A stretch of DNA of 64,000 nucleotides from Phoronis australis (Eukaryota > Animalia > Phoronida), in the NCBI GenBank assembly GCA_002633005.1, contig NMRA01000114.1:589237-653236 (forward strand). Direction: 5' to 3'. Every line of letters starts with the position of its first letter. Position 1 is the stretch's first letter. Both the position numbers and the translations under genes were made by a program. Positions 61,701 through 64,000 of the stretch are shown here, one piece after another. Under the pieces are notes generated by a model, which saw only the letters and a program-made list of their open reading frames with translations, made no database searches and was not told the DNA's origin.

Positions 61701-63248
61701 AAGCTGAAATACAGGTGTAATAAACTTGTACCTTCCGTCAAAACTTAATTTTTATCTAGGCCAATCACCATCATAAAATTGACCCCATCTTATTCTTTAC
61801 TGATATCAGAGATGATCTCTAGGTTTGAGAACTCGGTAAAAGTTCATTTATTGCTTTTAAAGACCACTGACCAATAACTTCAGAATCAGTGGTTGCCAAT
61901 TTGTTAAGGTAACCCAGCCTCGTAAGTTCCCAAGCATACTCACACCTCTCACTCATGTGATTTTTGAGTGGTCTTGAGAGATCTTGCTTCTTCATATGCA
62001 GAACGCTCCCCTGCTATACAGTAGCCTTAAGCTGACCTAATAAGTGTTTTTTGAAAACAAACCCAAGACGCATTAAAACTCAGGATCTCAGTGGTCGCAG
62101 TCAGACACTTTGTTGGCGGACCTGAACCACACTCGGTAAGTAGCTGAGTATTTAATTGTATTTACCCTGATAAAGTCACTGGATTTCAGTGAATGACTGA
62201 CAGCCATCAGCTAGAATTTGCAATAGGTATAAACATCACAAAAATGCAACGGATTTTATTGTTTTGTAACTCTGATGAAAGCCAGTAACTATAAAGATCC
62301 CATTCTTTCCTCGCTTTACTATCGAGTATCAAGTAGCAATGTGAGTCAGTCGCTGCATACCTTCCAAGTTTATGCCAGGTTGCGTTCAGCACCAAAGTGT
62401 ATAAGCCAGCCATGAAGGCGTCAAAGTAAGACGGTCGCAGGTAGTGAGGAATGGCCTTGTAGACTGTGAGCACATTCTCTAACCATTTCCCAAGCTGAAA
62501 CATTTACGACAAACTAAAAAAGTCTTGGTATGCAAATGAGCACATCTGAGCGCTCTTGTTCCCTAGTATGCTAAAGCATGTGTTCAAGTCTTAACCATAG
62601 GTGAAACTGTACTCAATATATTTTGGCCCAGATGTACAATACAATCCGTACTAGCAAAGTTTTTCCAAGACATTAAGCAGCTCCATGAAACATCTAGGTC
62701 CAGCTGCATAAAAGTTATATGCCGTAAAGCAGCAATGACGTCGCATTATCACACGCCACGTTGTTATTATTGAACAATGCACCTGACGTCATGCAATATT
62801 CAAACTTATCCAGCAGATAACTTTTGAAGCTTTATATTTAATTGTCACATTTTCCACTCTATTTAAAAGCCTTTACTAAAGGTCATTTTCAGTTTATTTT
62901 TTTCGTACCAAAATAGCAATATTTTAGACAGCGCATTGTAATGACTAGGTATAGTCATCCTTGTCAATACATGCAGCCATATGACTGTCTTCTTTACTTC
63001 ATGATGCTCTGATACACCTGTATAGAGATATTTGAACAATATTTTACACAGTGTCAAATTTGGGTTTTACATAGTAAGAAGGGCCTTTAACACACGCTCA
63101 ACACAAAATAGTACCTCCTTAGTTCCTGGATGTTTAGTAAGTCTGGATGCAGTGTAGTCGACATACCAGTTGCCATCACGCAGGTTGCAACACACAGGAT
63201 GACCCAGGTCATTAGTGGCTCTGATACGGCTCATCAATGACATGATTC
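43725..63248 (-). CDS. AGL: Glycogen debranching enzyme, 3' part (amylo-1,6-glucosidase domain); the gene continues beyond the window end
   Basis: Phase-consistent GT-AG exons: 63248-63115, 62494-62361, 60902-60721, 60478-60376, 59716-59476, 53136-53025, 51686-51551, 50093-49981, 48042-47834, 46896-46799, 45621-45534, 45069-44881, 43805-43725 (stop). Hallmarks: [98 protein letters not shown]. Confidence 0.97.
47676..47838. repeat. 54-bp tandem repeat (~3 units) overlapping an AGL splice donor
   Basis: aagtgtt..ca(t/c)accac..a.ccctgagagtatacctttaagg units start at 47712, 47766 and 47820. Confidence 0.8.
48053..49805. repeat. ~820-bp near-identical direct duplication (48053-48877 and 48987-49805) separated by an N and an element end
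   Basis: Colinear copies with scattered SNPs and small indels. The duplicated ORF text in the track (48586-48966, 49580-49801) reflects this. Confidence 0.92.
48879..48991. mobile_element. End of a Helentron-associated / DINE-1-like element
   Basis: (GGAC)n microsatellite, then a 14-bp stem-loop ATGCGTCCACATAT-aa-ATATGTGGGCGCAT, then an A run at the junction. Confidence 0.65.
50807..51510. mobile_element. Two adjacent copies of the 26090-family MITE
   Basis: tatggcaagaattctctagtttggga ... cctcaaactagagaatttttaccgta (to 51133), followed by a second copy repeating aaatttggga..gaaattcaag..ttttcttgattctgaagattgggacatggg. Confidence 0.75.
54367..54412. repeat. 14-bp minisatellite x3
   Basis: gtagttgcaggtgg repeated three times, one with a substitution. 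Confidence 0.8.
55032..56096 (+). CDS. Rolling stone-like (FAR-17a/AIG1 family) multi-pass membrane protein, large exon nested antisense in an AGL intron; start exon not identified
   Basis: About 354 open codons after acceptor ttttttcag (55031) with about 6 hydrophobic segments. Rost-like pattern: F....W....YL.YR..LA.Y, then QW.LF, then E......PV.L.H......SY..FS..YY. No ATG near the exon start. Confidence 0.75.
   Translation, partial: ANSTLEKGTPKFTVLGDLTLEKETIDTPTISIINPTLLNANHGNGDDGNETTQDDPYWRGFKIRVKKRWNGLGFHCRRQLRLKKFKFYYRRSVQNFTKCRWCWHPQVYLTYRLMLAAYHISWVMLSMAILWRPFWTKFWAWPLHLVCWLDIVRMFYFVTALTSYLKFHMSKPINPVLYECKDSEASTVKTNRDEVTPSGTRSHPLPLTVRFQWFLFSVMTNSIFLAMPMLWNAQVAKKITSINIYPWGILISTTLVMVEIFTVTYPVYLLHVWHNQLFVLSYFIFSIGYYKLTVDGTASRNAILAIMPWMGGNNMARDMCQMVAVYIFFIIPFSQLVVFLMYCARKWLESKLHT
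56698..57036. repeat. 62-bp minisatellite (~5.5 units) with an internal palindrome
   Basis: Unit cacaagtcactcataggtgacttgtctatgtggggttccaacagctggctataaacccca starts at about 56701, 56763, 56826, 56888, 56950 and 57013. Confidence 0.92.
57897..59010 (+). mobile_element. Non-autonomous Kolobok-like DNA transposon carrying a THAP ORF
   Basis: TTAA|AGGAGAATG ... CATTCTCCT|TTAA: perfect 9-bp TIR, TTAA duplications at 57893-57896 and 59011-59014. TTAA target, RR termini and a THAP domain are Kolobok hallmarks. Confidence 0.82.
58063..58389 (+). CDS. THAP zinc-finger-like ORF (truncated transposase N-terminus), 108 aa
   Basis: MP..RCIVP..(FFRLP)..[15 protein letters not shown]. The second Cys of C2CH is missing (CIVPAS). 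Confidence 0.6.
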   Translation: MPLVLRCIVPASPNYEAAKKAGLSFFFRLPQELEVLRKWLGVMKNEKYAVDSKYKAVRENLRVCGRHFVNSDFSDEVRLTKELSIHSVAYACSRRLSSISRSVYSDSN

Positions 63249-64000
63249 CTGCAAATACAAATGGACGAATTGCAAATTTCCTGCAACATAGCATGCGATG
63301 TAAGAAACAAAATTTGACTTCACAAAATCTAGGTAACATGGATAACAGAATTGTGCTTTTAAGCAACAGTTTTCTTTTATGTACTGACTTGTGTTTTATT
63401 GCATATTAGGTTTCAGGGCACCTAAATAATCTTCACCAACATTTGCCCTGTAATTAACGTGACACACAAAAAAGGTGACTACTTGAGAGTAAGCTCAAAA
63501 TTAAGAATTATAAATTATGATTTACTTGTTATGTCGACATTTTTGTAATTTCATCAAAAACGTGTGAAAAAATACCATCTTTAGGCTACCACCGTGCAAC
63601 ATGCCTCTGGGAATGTTTTTTTTTTCTGGCGTTTTGGGCAAAATAAAAATATACCTTTTCTTATAGACACTCTGTTAAGGGTACGCCTTTCGAAGGAAGC
63701 ATTCACTCCAGATTTTGCCATTTTCCTCTAGCATTAGGGTCACCTTTACAGTTTCTTTGACTGCGGAAGTTTTTGCTTTCCTATGACAACCCCTAAGGTA
63801 ACTGAAGACCGTGTTAAACATGGGTACCACAACTTTTGGGCCATGCCCCCCCAAGAGAATCTTCTGAAGGTTTTTTACTCATAGGTGTGAGGTTTGCTCT
63901 TTGTGGAAAAGGAAACAATGTCGTGTTATGGTTAGAAAAAAAATTAATACAGATTCTTAAGGAGTAAGAGGTCTAGTTTACTTGATTTTGGCATTTCAAG

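Noticed and set aside
62084-62141. Plus-strand exon-like segment (cag|...|gtaagt) inside an AGL intron
   Set aside because: It has a poor pyrimidine tract and no partner exons or homology, so it cannot be supported without transcripts.

Overview
Intron-rich eukaryotic (animal) genomic DNA, AT-rich, with assembly Ns at 37870, 38788-38790, 44807 and 48878. Gene and repeat content suggests a marine invertebrate, possibly a non-vertebrate deuterostome (inference only). Two large multi-exon housekeeping genes converge. The first is a complete LMBRD2 on + (13 coding exons, 8336-27466, 734 aa, probable non-coding first exon ending at 1912). The second is the 3' part of glycogen debranching enzyme AGL on - (13 exons, 63248-43725). 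Both host nested genes: a divergent prostanoid-receptor-like GPCR (antisense, probably in LMBRD2 intron 1), a secreted C-type lectin (same strand, in a late LMBRD2 intron), and a rolling-stone/AIG1-family membrane protein (antisense, in an AGL intron). Each of the three nested proteins appears to lack its family's canonical ligand-binding or catalytic residues. Between the hosts lies a tandem pair of intronless minimal SH2+SOCS-box genes, one intact and one frameshifted, with IRF/STAT motifs upstream. Mobile DNA includes Penelope-like remnants with minimal type I hammerhead ribozymes (three copies of one family plus a decayed one next to a GIY-YIG fragment), a THAP-carrying Kolobok-like element, a Harbinger MITE, an ISL2EU-like transposase relic, a Helentron/DINE-like end and several foldback MITEs. 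Two near-identical duplications next to Ns look like uncollapsed haplotypes. All calls were made by eye with no database searches.
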